Positions 63,052 to 64,000 of a stretch of DNA of 64,000 bases are shown one piece after another. Source of the DNA: Batkoa obscura (lineage: Eukaryota); contig JASVEC010000026.1 in NCBI GenBank assembly GCA_030770535.1, positions 682,001 to 746,000 on the forward strand, given 5' to 3'. Position 1 is the stretch's first letter; each line of letters starts with the position of its first letter. The position numbers were made by a program, and so were the translations under genes. Below the pieces are notes generated by a model. It saw only the letters and a list, made by a program, of their open reading frames with translations. It ran no database searches and was not told where the DNA came from.

Positions 63052-63137
63052 GGGTATGTTTTTTAAAAGTTCCACTAATAATTTTCCCATTTACTGGCAC
63101 TTAAAAATTAAACAAAACAAAGAAACCAGATAACTCT
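63052..63137 (+). mobile_element. Old degenerate MITE copy
   Basis: ATAT-GGGTATGT start and weak interior similarity. Confidence 0.55.
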
Positions 63138-63311
63138 ATATTAATCATTTTAAGTTTTATATTTATTTTTTATAAACCTACCCTATATTAAAAGAAATAG
63201 AATAGTTATAGAAATATTTTATAAAAAGTAGAATTCACGAATTTAATAATAGTAGTTTTGGCTTATGGATAAATTAGATAAAAATATAAATTTAATCAAA
63301 ATAACAAAAAA

Positions 63312-64000
63312 TTACAGTTCAATTAATGGTGTATCCTGAGGTGCAGATTGGGGTTGTGGGTGGTTGTTGGGGTCTTGGTGCTGATTTGTTGCGGCCTGGG
63401 GATAAGCAGGATTCTCATGATATCCTGGTGTTCCTGGTACATTAGGCTGATAAGAGGGATAAGCAGGATGCACTTGTGAGTTTGGTGTCGTACCGACACT
63501 ATGATTATAATAGGAGGGAGCACTAGGAGCAGATGAGTCAGGTTGGTAATGTGGATGAATGGGTGCTCTAGGTACAGACGGATTGTGTTGATAGGCAACT
63601 TGTGAAGGGATATTTGATGGTGTATTATTATAATGGTGGGATGGAGCTCCTGGAGAAGGGTAATGTGAGGAAGTTTCTGCTGAATGGTAATTATATTCAT
63701 GTGGCGAAGGCGCATGACCCGCAGGATGGTGAGGATAATGAGGATTTCCATCCGCTCTTGAAGGATCTATATAGGAGCTTGGTACACTATGCTGAAATTG
63801 ATTAATTGGTGCTGTTGGGGCCTATAGAATTTAGTATTATAATAATTATTCGTTAGTATACACTTACGGTTCCATAAGTATAATGATTAGAATTAGGCGT
63901 ACTGCTTAATCCATAATGTCTTTTATACATGCTTTTCTCTAATAAAGAGTCATACATTTTGACTGCTGAGCTAAGTTTATTTTGAAGGTCAGTAAAATGA
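63312..64000 (-). CDS. VPS27: ESCRT-0 subunit Vps27/Hrs, 3' part (continues beyond the window)
   Basis: LQNKLSSAVKMYDSLLE (GAT-like), intron, Pro/Tyr/Gln-rich tail ending in the clathrin box LIEL-stop. Confidence 0.75.

Noticed and set aside
63323..63805. ORF-track proteins 63323-63751 (-) and 63602-63805 (+)
   Set aside because: Wrong frames of the Vps27 Pro-rich last exon, which ends LIEL at 63312

Overview
Very AT-rich, intron-dense eukaryotic DNA of fungal type. Short GT-AG introns, gene content and an expanded secretome suggest an early-diverging fungus such as a Conidiobolus-like Entomophthoromycotina; this assignment is inference only. Recognisable housekeeping genes are an NmrA-like reductase, BRF1, a sphingosine/DAG kinase, RPS19, a CH-domain Cdc15-like kinase, WDR48/UAF1, TOM6-like, GCN20, DNA ligase I, prenyltransferase alpha, a divergent SAC1-like phosphatase, UBAP1-like, VPS27 (partial) and tRNA-Thr(AGT). 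The mobile landscape is rich: an intact but apparently catalytically dead hAT-derived gene, two copies of a Sola2-like DDD transposon, about 16 copies of a ~99-bp MITE sharing its termini and AWWT target, and three solo LTRs that all sit inside the Sola-like copies, one nested in another. Several inverted repeats look homogenised. The most striking region is 51-63 kb, an island of six intronless, co-oriented secreted-protein genes. Two encode Trp/Arg/Gly-rich prepro-peptides. Three share an apparently unnamed ~60-aa helical domain with a CX21C pair (5 copies) and Kex2-type processing sites.
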